Assembly (NCBI RefSeq): GCF_004010195.1 | Contig: NC_057756.1 | Span: forward strand, 653,805 to 717,804 | DNA: 64,000 nucleotides | DNA from: Chiloscyllium plagiosum | Lineage: Eukaryota | Reading direction: 5' to 3' | Shown here: piece by piece, positions 53,574 to 64,000 of the stretch | Layout of the letters: each line of letters starts with the position of its first letter | How positions within the stretch are numbered: the first letter of the stretch is position 1 | Position numbers and translations under genes: made by a program | Notes under the pieces: generated by a model | The model's database searches: none | The model's input: only the letters and a program-made list of their open reading frames with translations | Told to the model about the DNA's origin: nothing

Positions 53574-54735
53574 TGAAATGAAGACATTAATCCTTAGAAT
53601 TCAGCTGCTTTTACTGAGCAAAGGCATGCAGTTGTAAAATGTTGATAGACATTTAATTACACCTTGAATATTATGGCGGTATGTGAATGCTGCCTTGTTC
53701 GTGTGAAGATGATTGAAAATTAACGAGATTACTCTTTCTACAACTTTGATTTTTGGGCAGTATGTGTCAGGTTGCTTCGCAGTATTAATAGAAATTTACT
53801 TATTTTTCAGAGAGACAAAAAAAGAGAAGCATTAGGCTGCAACTGATTTAGAAGATTCAATATTGATTTTAACTTAGGAAAGTCAATTTAATGGAAGGCA
53901 TCTTCTTCCATTCAAAGGTGGCATGAACAAAATTGGATGTGAGTGTAGGCCAAAAGGGAATTTTATCAATGAAGTCAATGGTGTAGGATACCTCAGTGCA
54001 AGGATTTTAGGTTGTGAAATTCTAGACCAGGACTATTTGGTTTGAATTCTACCAATTATTTTAATTCTGAGAAAGTATAGGCACTTACATCAGTTAGTAA
54101 CCCATGGAAAATTCTTCACAATTTCTGGTACTAATACTAAAATGAAATATAAAGTAAATCTACAAATTTTATAGGGAATGCAATTTCTTTCGAATTGTAA
54201 TTAACTTTAAAGTAATTTTATTGGGGAGTAGACAGAACTTTGTTTTGTTGTATGTATTGAATTTTCTAAGCTAGCTTATATTTATGCAACTTCGTTTGGT
54301 TTGTTTCAGTTCTATTGATATTGCGTAGAAGAGATTCACTTTCTGTAAACAAAAACACCTGTCACCTTGTATGCTTCCACCTCAGTGAATGATGGCTACG
54401 TTTAAGGACAAAACAATATATTCTGTCACGTCAGCTCTCATTCTACAAGATTGATTTACCAATCATAATAACAGCTGGGATCATAATACGAGGAAGCATC
54501 TAATGTGAAAAAAATGCCAGTATTCGCTCGATAATGTATCATCAGATGACATAAAGTCAGTGGTGACTGGCTGAGCATTTCCTTTCTGTCCGATATATTG
54601 TGTCTCTGAAAAATCAACTGTTATCTTAAAAAATTAGCACACTAGCTTCGAAAATAATTATGAAATGTTCTTAAATTTGTTTTCAATCTAACTGCATATT
54701 TCAGTAGTAGTATAATATTCCATTCTTTTCTTTAG

Positions 54736-54771
54736 AAATTATTAAATGCATAGAATCTTTGAAAGCCACAG
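54736..54771 (+). CDS. 36-nt microexon, type A: EIIKCIESLKAT
   Basis: cattcttttctttag|AAATT...CACAG|gtaagg. Confidence 0.88.
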
Positions 54772-54896
54772 GTAAGGAAAGTAATTGATGATAAACTAAT
54801 TTTCCATTATCTGCATTCAGAAAATATTTAAGGGTGACAGAAACAATGAAAATATAGAATGTGATTGCAAGTGTATTCTATTTCTGTATTACATCT

Positions 54897-56551
54897 ACGG
54901 TGACATTTTGCAAAATGTCCAGATTACAAAGGATGAAGTGCTGGATGTCTTGAAACGGTTAAAAGTGGATAAATCCCCAGGACCTGATCAGGTGTACCCG
55001 AGAACTCTGTGGGAAGCTAGAGAAGTGATTGCTGTGCCTCTTGCTGAGATATTTGTATCATCAGTAGTTACAGTTGAGGTGCCGGAAGACTGGAGGTTGG
55101 CAAACGTGGTGCCACTGTTTAAGAAGGGCGGTAAAGACATGCCAGAGAACTATAGACCAGTGATCCTGAACTCACTGGTGGGCAAGTTGTTGGAGGGAAT
55201 CCTGAGGGACAGGATATACATATATTTGGAAAGGCAATGACTGATTAGGGATAGTCAACATGGCTTTGTGCTTGGGAAATCATGTCCCACAAACTTGATT
55301 GAGTTTTTTGAAGAAGTAACAAAGAAGATTGATGAGGGCAGAGCAGTAGATGTGATCTATATGGACTTCAGTAAGGCGTTTGACAAGGTTCCCCGTGAGA
55401 TACTGAGTAGCAAGATTAGATCTCATGGAATACAGGGAGAACTAGCCATTTGGATACAGAACTGGCTCAAAGGTAGAAGGTAGAGGGTGGTGGTGGAGGA
55501 TTGTTTTTCCGACTGGAGGCCTGTGACCAGTGGAGTGCCACAAGGATCGGTGCTGGGCCCTCTACTTTTTGTCATTTACATAAATGATTTGGATGCGAGC
55601 ATAAGAGGTACAGTTAGTAAATTTGCAAATGACACCAAAATTTGAGGTGTAGTGGACAGCGAAGAGGGTTACCTCATATTACAACAGGATCTGGACCAGA
55701 TGGGCCAATGGACTTAGAATTGACAGATGGAGTTTAATTCAGATAAATGCGAGGTGCTGCATTTTGGGAAAGCAAGTCTTAGCAGGACTTATACAATTAA
55801 TGTTAAGGTCCTAGGGAGTGTTGCTGAACAAAGAGACTTTGGAGTGCAGGTTCATAGCTCCTTGAAAGTGGAGTCGCACGGAGACAGGATAGTGAAGAAG
55901 GCGTTTGGTATGCTTTCCTTTATTGGTCAGAGTATTGAGTGCAGGAGTTGGGAGGTCATGTTGCGGCTGTACAGGACATTGGTTAGGCCACTGTTGGAAT
56001 ATTGCGTGCAGTTCTGGTCTCCTTCCCATCGGAAAGATGTTCTGAATGTTGAAAGGGTTCAGAATAGATTTACAAGGATGTTTCCATGGTTGGAGGATTT
56101 GAGCTACAGGGAGAGGCTGAACAGGCTGGGTCTGTTTTCCGTTGAGCGTCGGAGGCTGAGTGGTGACCTTATAGAGGTTACCAAAATTATGAGGGGCATG
56201 GATAGGATAAATCGACAAAGTCTTTTCCCTGGGATCGGAGAGTCCAGAACTAGAGGGCATAGGTTTAGAGTGAGAGGGGAAAGATATAAAAGAGACCTAA
56301 GGGGCAACTTTTTCACGCAGAGGGTGGCACGTGTATGGACTGAGCTGCCAGAGGATGGTGGTGGAGGCAGGTACAATTGCAACAATTAATAGGCATATGG
56401 ATGGGTATATGAATAGGAAGGGTTTGGACGCATATGGGCCGGGTGCTGGCAAGTGGGACTAGATTGGGTTGGGATATCTGGTCGGCCTGGACGGGTTGGA
56501 CCGAATGGTCTGTTTCCATGCTGTACATCTCTATGACTCGATGACTCTATG
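54897..56551 (+). mobile_element. Relatively young 5'-truncated CR1 LINE (RT and 3' tail)
   Basis: [48 protein letters not shown]; few stops; (GACTCTAT)-like tail. Confidence 0.97.
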
Positions 56552-56714
56552 TTTTAGTGTTATTTAATGCTATCAGTTTCTTATCGTAAGGCTTATAGCG
56601 AGTACATTTGATTTCCATTTTACTTGTTGCAGTTATTTTTCTGAAATGTAAAGAATCCTGCATTTGTTTAATCTACATTCGAGACAGCAGCTGCAATTAA
56701 GTGAAATGTGCCAC

Positions 56715-58170
56715 AGAATCACATAGGTGTATAGCTTGGAAACAGACCATACAGCCCAGCTTGACCATGCTGCCCAGTTTTCACAATTAAACTAGTTCAT
56801 TTTCGTGCATTAGGTCCATATTCCTCCATACCTATCCCACGCACGAACTTGTCAAAATCCTTTTTAAATGACAAAATTTTACTTGCTTCTACCGGTACCT
56901 CTGGTAGCCCAATCCTTTCATTTACGGTCCTCTCTGCGAAATATATGTCCCTGTCCGTGAAAGGATCCTTTTGCATCTCTCCCCTTTCACCTTAAAGCGA
57001 TGCCCTCTAGCTTTAGACTCCCCTGCCATGGGTAAAAGCTATTCGCTATCTAACCTATCTATGTCTCTGATGATTGTATGTACCTTTATAAGGTTACCTC
57101 AGTTTCCTACACTGCAGGGAAAAAAAGTCTCAAATGTTACAGCCCAGATAATAGCGTAATCAATCTTTTTGTACTCTTTTTAGTTTAATACCATCATTTC
57201 TATAGTAGAAGAAAGTGAAGACTGCAGATATTTGAGATCAAAGTCGATTAAGGGCTTGATGAAGGGCTTTTGCCGAAACGTCAATTCTCCTGTTTCTTGG
57301 ATTATTCTGCCTGACTTGCTGTGCTTTTCTGGCACTACACTCGTGACTCATTTCTATTGTAGCATGATCACATAATTGTCTAAATGGTCCTTACCAAGGT
57401 TTTGCACAGGTATGACAAGACTTCCCAAATCAATGTTCTGACCAAGGAAAAATTGCATGTTGAAAGCCTTCTTCACCAATCTGTTTACCGGTCCTTCCTG
57501 TTCAAGGTGCTAAGAAACTGTACCCTTCGATCTCTGTGTTAAATAAAACTCCCCAGAGCCCTGCGATTGACTGTGTACATCCTGCCGTGGTTTGACTGAC
57601 CAAAATGTAACGAATTTCATTGATATAAATTCAATTCCATTGGTCATTCCTCATCCCATTTCGTCCAGTTGATCAAGACGGCGATGCCTTTCCAGATAAC
57701 CTGCTTTATGTTTCACTATACCACCAAACTTCACCAAATTTAGTGAACATAACTCCTAAAGTTTCATCCATATTATTTAAATAAGTGCTGAATAATACTG
57801 AACACAGCACGGATCTGTGTGGCACACCACTGGTCACAGGTCTGTAGTCTGAAAACCAACCTTCTATCACCAACCTGCGTCTTCCATTGTCAGGCCAACT
57901 TTGTTTCCAGTTGCCTACGTCATACTGGATCCGTGAGATTTAAATTTACTCAAAAAGCGACCATGAGGAAACTTGCCAAAGGCTTTACTAAAAACCTTGT
58001 AGACAGCGTCTCCCGCATTGAACTTGCCTATTTTCTTGGTCAGCCATCAAAAATGTATTCTAAATTCATGAGACACGATATCCCACGCACAAAGCCAAAC
58101 AGACAACATCAAACGAGTCATTGCCTCTCCAAATGCTTGTAGATCCTGTCTGCCAGAACCCCTCTCACAA
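56715..58170 (-). mobile_element. Old CR1 LINE
   Basis: Reverse complement of an RT and 3' end (GGCACACCACTGGTCACAGG, CATGAGACACGATATCCCACGCACAAAGCCA). Confidence 0.85.
57209..57347. mobile_element. Penelope-derived hairpin element, family 1, most of one arm deleted, 15-bp TSD
   Basis: TSD TCATTTCTAT(A/T)GTAG at 57194-57208 and 57348-57362. Confidence 0.85.
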
Positions 58171-58683
58171 TATACCCACCATGGATGTTCCTCTTTGAAA
58201 AATACATTAACAAAGCTCCATGCATAGACAGGCAAAAAGTGTCACTCCCACGTCTTTTTAAACATATATAGGTTTGTCTAGAACATTGCATTTCAATTCT
58301 GATAGTGACATTTCATATGCAGAAGAAAATGATTATCCAGTATATAATGTGCACAATTACACATTCTTAGACACAAAATATGAAAACTTTAAAAACAGTG
58401 TTGTTTGATTAGTTACATTTTGTGTTATCAGAGTTTGAAAATTATTCTCAATGCCTAGTCAAAAACGAATGGTCTACTTTACAATTTCAACACTGATTCA
58501 CAATGTGTCATTTTTGTGAGGCACGACCTAGTATTCAGTTGCTGGGCAAGCTGACGAATTCATTGAGAAGAAAAATCTCAAAACGTTTGCCCCCAAGACA
58601 CATAATCACTCACTATTTAAAAACACACACACTTATTGGAAGGACTGATTCGTTTTTACTCATAATTATGTTTTGTTTTACAG

Positions 58684-58710
58684 AAGAAAAGCTGAAAGCA
58701 AAAATTAAAG
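58684..58710 (+). CDS. 27-nt microexon, type B: EEKLKAKIK
   Basis: tgttttgttttacag|AAGAA...TAAAG|gtaaat; also visible at the end of ORF 58503..58718. Confidence 0.88.
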
Positions 58711-60459
58711 GTAAATAATTTTACAATACATTACAGATGAATATAGATGCGGCTTAAATGAACTGGCTGCTGGATTGGCTTTTCTCTTTTCACATTTTCC
58801 ATTAACAATGGTAGGTTACTTTAAATATAATCGGGAAAAGTAAAAGTAATCCTCAAGAAAAGCACTTTGTTGGAAACCAGTTTCACCTTGTGATTTCTGG
58901 CCTAACATCCAGTGTGGATTCTTCAACAAGCGTTGCTAATAATAGCCAATATTATCATTGCTATTTGGCTAAACATCTGTTAGAGATCGAACGTAACCAT
59001 TCCCTTTAACTTAATGATGAGTGGAATTTAAAACTGTGTTTAACTTGTAATAGAATTTCTCATGTATATGCTGCACTCTGAAAGTTCATAAAGCATTTTA
59101 AGACAATTTTATGTAAACATGAATGAAGTTACGCATTAATCTTAGCAGAGTTAGACGAGAGAAGTTTGATATGTTCTGCCGTGTTTTATTTCTCTTGGTT
59201 TTGATGGTCAAATATTCCATTCAAAGCTGAATAAAGGTTGCCCTTTGTGGACACAATGAAAGAGAAAACCCTTCCTGATCAATCAGGATGAATCAACCAC
59301 AAATAAATGCTTTTGAAAAGTTTTAACCTATTGGCTTCACCACAAAAGAAGAGTGCAAACTCGTAGAGAGTGTTATTAAGCAATACTTGTTCGAATTTGT
59401 TGCATTTCCTGACGTACATTATGCTTATATGGCGGGTAGAGATTTTTAAAAAGCCCTCTGACAACTAGTCTACACTGTATTCTTGTGAGACATATGATAA
59501 AAACTAGCATCTAAAGTTGTCGTATTTCTATGTAATTCCTTTCATTCTCACAGAGCTGGTCATATGGCTATTTATGCTATCATCTGACTGATTTCATTTG
59601 ATATCAAGTCCAACTCAAACCAAATGCACACCAGAACTTTCAGTACTGGTTCGAATTAAAATGACTACCTCATAGTTCTGAATGCTGATTCCAGATTTTG
59701 GAAAATCAGCTTAAAACTTTCTTTGACATTTTAATGTATTTCATTCCTCATTTATCTAAATCCACACTCCTTTAATTAAAAATAACATATCATTTATCTA
59801 TGCCTTAAGTATTACTTCATATGATTATATTATAAATTACCTCGATTACGTTTTATTCTTGAACAAATATGTTTGTTGATTTTTTTGCTTTTCTTCGTGT
59901 TTTGATGGAATAATTAAAGGAAAGAAAGACTCACTACTGAAGGTCACAAAAGTAGCAGTTATTGCTGTAGAAAAGGGATTAATAAATCGAGTCAGAATTG
60001 TGTGAAAAACGGGTTTACCAAGAATGCAGAGAAATTTCAAAAACATTTCTAACAAAGAACTAATTCATGCTTATGATAGACTGTTTTTTTACAACATGTG
60101 ATGGTGTGCATATGGTAAAGGAAAAATTGGTAGGGAAAAACGAGAGGTATCCTCTTTGGTACTTCGCTTGAACAACTAAATGGAGCTTCACAACAGATTG
60201 AATACCTTTGCCTGGATGGTCTTCCTTTTCCGATTTGCATGTGCCATGCAATTCAACCAACTCGGTATTTGCATAAGAGAAAATGTATGAAGCCAATTTG
60301 AACTGAAACGATTTCCTAGATTTGCAATATCACATCTTACGTCTTTGATTGTACCATGAACACTGTAACCCTGAGTGAACAATCAGTATATCATTAAGGG
60401 GAAGATGGAAATGAAAAAAACCCGCAGCAACTTTAACACTGTGTTGTTCTCATTTATAG

Positions 60460-60495
60460 AGTTAAGCGGACATGAAGATAGTTTGGAAGAATTAG
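60460..60495 (+). CDS. 36-nt microexon, type A: ELSGHEDSLEEL (His in place of Cys)
   Basis: ttgttctcatttatag|AGTTA...ATTAG|gtttga (weaker donor); also visible in ORF 60375..60605. Confidence 0.8.
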
Positions 60496-60529
60496 GTTTG
60501 AAAAATATTTGCTTTCTATGCATACTTCA

Positions 60530-61410
60530 TGTCTACCTGCGACTCCACTTTCAAAGAGCTATGAACCTGCACTCCAAGGTCTCTTTGTTCAGCATCACTC
60601 CCTAGGACCTTACCATTAAGTGTATAAGTCCTGCTAAGATTTGCTTTTCCGAAATGCACCTCGCATATCTGAATTAAACTCTATGTGCCACTCCTCATCC
60701 CATTGGGCCATCTGATCAAGATCCCATTGTCATCTGAAGTAACCTTCTTCGCTGGCCACGACACTTCCAATTTTGGTGTCATCTGCAAACTTACTAACTA
60801 TATCTGTTATGCCGAAATCCAAATCATGTATGTAAATGATGAAAAGTAGTGGACCCATAATGGATCCTTTTGGGACACCACTGGTCACAGGCCTCCAGTC
60901 GGAAAAACAACCCTCCACCAGCACCCTCTGTCTTCTATCTTTGAGCCAGTTCTGTACCCAAATGGCTAGTTCTCCCGGTATTCCATGCGACCTAATCTTG
61001 CTAGCCATGGGGAACCTTGTTCAACGCCTTACTGATGTTCATATATATCACGTCCACCAGTCTTCCCTCATCAATCCTCTTTGTTACTTATTCAAAAAAC
61101 TCAATCAAGTTTGTGAGACATGATTTCCCACCCGCAAAGCCATGTTGACAATCCCTACGCAGTATTTGTCTTTCCAAACATATGTACATCCTGTCCCTCA
61201 GAATTCCCTCCAGCATCCTATCCACCACTGACGTCAGCTCACTGCTCTATAGTTCCCGGGCTTGTCCTTACCACCCTTCTTAAACAGTGGCACCACGTTA
61301 GACAACCTCCAGTCTTGCAGCACCACACATGAGTCTATCGATGATACAAATATCTCGGCAAACACCCCAACAATCACTTCCATGGCTTCCAACAGCGTTC
61401 TAGGTTGTGG
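60530..61410 (-). mobile_element. CR1 RT fragment, close relative of the 54897-56551 copy
   Basis: SGVPKGSIMGPLLF, KFADDTKIG; near-identical blocks in inverted orientation. Confidence 0.93.
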
Positions 61411-61721
61411 GGATTAATCGATTCTTTTTCACGTCGTGTAGTTTGGTCAGTCACAATGGGTCTGGAAGAATCACTTTCATTAGCCTTTAAAATAAGAAGC
61501 AGTTAGGGCGGAAGTTAATTTCTTAACATATTTTGAGAAGATCTTATCTGGTCCATAATGCAACTTATTTATTGATTAGAAGGGACTCATTCGTTTTTAA
61601 TGCTGAGCATGATAACACATGTTTTGTATTGCACTACTCGTCCTTTTTTCTCCAATGTTTCATACGTTCACTCATTCTGTCCCTTAATGTGTTGTTTACA
61701 TCAACAATGCAGGTGTGTACG

Positions 61722-61780
<59 letters not shown>

Positions 61781-61792
61781 CAACACACACAC
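61722..61792. repeat. Compound microsatellite (TA)n(CA)n
   Basis: Directly visible, about 130 nt upstream of the 61920 exon. Confidence 0.98.
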
Positions 61793-61919
61793 ATTCTGGC
61801 ATTCCAATTGCTTACCTCTAATGAATATTTTAAAACTAAACACATTTGTTTTACTTAAGTTTTTTGCTAATTTAATTAGTTTATTCTGATTTCATCATCA
61901 ATGATTTGAACTTTAACAG

Positions 61920-61946
61920 AGGAACAACTGAAAGGAAAAGATAAAG
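61920..61946 (+). CDS. 27-nt microexon, type B: EEQLKGKDK
   Basis: gaactttaacag|AGGAA...TAAAG|gtattt. Confidence 0.85.
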
Positions 61947-62065
61947 GTATTTTTTTAAAAAAAGAAGAATGAATCATGTGAAATTATATAAACATAAAGT
62001 TACAACTGCATTATGTGTGACTCGGGAAAGGTGGAACTGTATTGTTTTTGTATAAATGCAATTTT

Positions 62066-63860
62066 AGAGTCATGGAGTTGCACAGCATGGCAAGAGAAAC
62101 TTCAAAGATGGAAATGTGTTGCTGGAGAAGCGCAGCAGGTCAGGCAGCATCTAGGGAACAGGAGAATCGACGTTTCGGGCATTAGCCCTTCTTCAGGAAG
62201 TTTCCTGAAGAAGGGCTAATGCCCGAAACGTCGATTCTCCTGTTCCCTAGATGCTGCCTGACCTGCTGCGCTTCTCCAGCAACACATTTCCATCTCTGAT
62301 CTCCAGCATCTGCAGACCTCATTTTCTCTTCAAGAGAAACTTCAATCCTACTGACCAGATATCCTAAATTAATCCAGTCCTAGTTTTCTAGCATTTGGCC
62401 ATATCCCTCTAAAACCTTCTTATTTCATGTACCTACCAAGATGCCTTTTAAACGTTGTAATTGTGGCAGTTCTCACCACTTCCTCCGGTAGCTCATTACA
62501 CACACACGCGTGACTCTCCTCTTGGAAAATTTCACCTTTGTTCCCTTTTATGTTTTTCAGCTCTCAGTCTAAATTTATGCCTTCTGGTTTTGGTCTCCCC
62601 CACCTTGGAGACAAGACCTTGGATATTCAGCCAATCTATGCCCCACATGATTTTATTAATTTCTTTATGGCCACCGCTCAACATCTCACATGCTGGAGAA
62701 AATAGAACCACCTATTCAACGTCTCCCTCCAGCTCAAACTCGCCAGCCCTGCCAACATCTGTGTATATCTTTTCTGAACCAATTCAAGTTTGACAACATT
62801 CACCTACAGCAGGGATGTCAGAATGGAATGCAATATTCCAGAAGCAGCCTCACAAATGTCCCGCACAGCTGCAAAAACTCCTATATTCAATGCACTGACG
62901 AATAAAGGCATGCATACCAAGTGACTTCTTGGCAATCTTATCTACTTGTAACTCAATTTCAAAGAACTATGCAATTCAAGTTTCACCCCAATGTCTCTTT
63001 ATTCAAAAACACTCCACAGGACCTCAGCATTAAATGCACATGGCCTGCTCTGTTCTGCCTTTCCACCATGCAACACCTTACATCGACCCAAATTAGGCTC
63101 CACCTGCCACTCCTCGGCCCACCTGCCCATCTGAGCAATGTCCTATTGTACGCTGAGGTGACTTCTTGTCTCTCCACTAATGGTTTGTTCTGCAAACTTA
63201 TTCACCATACCACCTGGTGAATAACATACAAATCTTTTATAAAAATGACAAAAAGTGGATCCAGCACTGATCCTTGCAGCACATCGCTGGTCAGAGGCCT
63301 CCAGTCTGAAAAGCAACCATAGACCTCGACTTTCTGCCTCTTATTTTCGAGCCAGTTCTGTATCCAAATGTGTAGGACTCCCTCTTTTCTATGTGATTTA
63401 AACCTGCTAACCATTCTACGTGTGAAACAGGTAGAATGCCTGAAGCCCATATAGATTACATTTGCCTTCATCAATCCTCTGTGTTAATTCTTCAAAACCC
63501 CATTAAGTTAGTGAGACGCGATTTTGCACGTGTGAGTATCCCTAATTAGTCCTTACCTTCCCACATATAAAACCATGTTGAGTATCCCTAATCAATCCTT
63601 GCCTTTGCAAATACATGTAAATCCTGTCCCTACTGAACCCTTTCAACGACTCCCCATACTGACATCACGCTCACTGGTCTATCGTTCCCTGACTTTTCCT
63701 TACCATCTTTCTTGAATGGTGGCATCACATTAGCCAAATTCCAGTCTTCTGGCGCGTTACCAGTGGCTATTGATGACACAAACATCTAAAGAAATGGTTT
63801 CCCGAGCTTCCCACAAATTTCTCAGATACACCTGGTCAGGTCCTCGGGATTTATTCATTG
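62066..63860 (-). mobile_element. Old CR1 LINE (3' tail to RT), tail interrupted by a hairpin element
   Basis: SDVLQGSVLDPLF, WIQNWL; tail TAGAGTCATGGAG. Confidence 0.88.
62106..62330. mobile_element. Penelope-derived hairpin element, family 1, perfect 94-bp arms, 15-bp TSD
   Basis: 62106-62199 is the exact reverse complement of 62202-62295; TSD CAAGAGAAACTTCAA at 62091-62105 and 62331-62345. Confidence 0.97.
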
Positions 63861-64000
63861 TATCGCACAATGCAAGCAATTGGGCAATGGTATTGTGAAA
63901 AATAGCCTTTCTTTTTCCCTTCCATCATGGGTGACTGTAAAGTGAAATGAATTTCGGACCTCTTATCATGATTGTGTGCATGTTAGGTATGCACTAAATA

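Larger units (their letters stand above)
1652..61946 (+). other. Internal part of a multi-exon gene: ladder of 16 phase-1 microexons encoding a Cys-containing coiled coil (start and stop outside the window)
   Basis: Exons of 36,21,36,27,36,27,36,21,36,27,36,27,36,27,36,27 nt, each with a 3' splice site ending in AG and a GT donor. They join in one open frame: ELNDCKKLLNGL-EDITKND-ELAKCKESLKKL-QEELIEKGN-ELSRCNNSLEDF-EKKLNAKES-ELNKCNESLKEC-DEKEKGK-DLLDCQKSLKDL-EDKLKKKEA-ELESCQENVEER-EDKLKAKEK-EIIKCIESLKAT-EEKLKAKIK-ELSGHEDSLEEL-EEQLKGKDK (first residue assumes an upstream G). Confidence 0.88.

Noticed and set aside
666..63474. ORF-track entries as standalone genes
   Set aside because: Nearly all are transposon fragments, antisense frames of SINEs/LINEs, or short chance ORFs; none is an intact host or transposon protein.
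1..64000. CRISPR arrays, rRNA or prokaryotic operons
   Set aside because: None seen; the sequence is eukaryotic and intron-rich.

Overview
AT-rich vertebrate genomic DNA. The repeat set (HE1 V-SINEs, CR1/HER1-type LINEs, a Deu-domain SINE, Penelope-like elements, Gypsy remnants) points to an elasmobranch (shark); this is inference. Almost every ORF in the supplied track is a transposon fragment or a chance ORF. The main signal is not in the ORF track: the whole window lies inside one + strand gene, seen as 16 AG/GT-bounded microexons, all phase 1-1, that alternate strictly between 36 nt and 27 (or 21) nt from 1652 to 61946. Spliced together they give 492 nt with no stop codon, encoding a 21-residue (three-heptad) coiled-coil repeat, E-L-x-x-C-x-x-S-L-x-x-L / E-x-K-L-x-x-K-x-x. 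The gene's start, end and identity lie outside the window. The introns hold ~225-bp Penelope-derived hairpin elements with 15-bp target-site duplications (TSDs) and hammerhead-like cores, a Gmr1-type Gypsy (integrase upstream of RT), an ORF2-less CR1, and a ~2.2-kb local duplication. Exon and hairpin coordinates were counted by hand; boundaries of old repeats are approximate.
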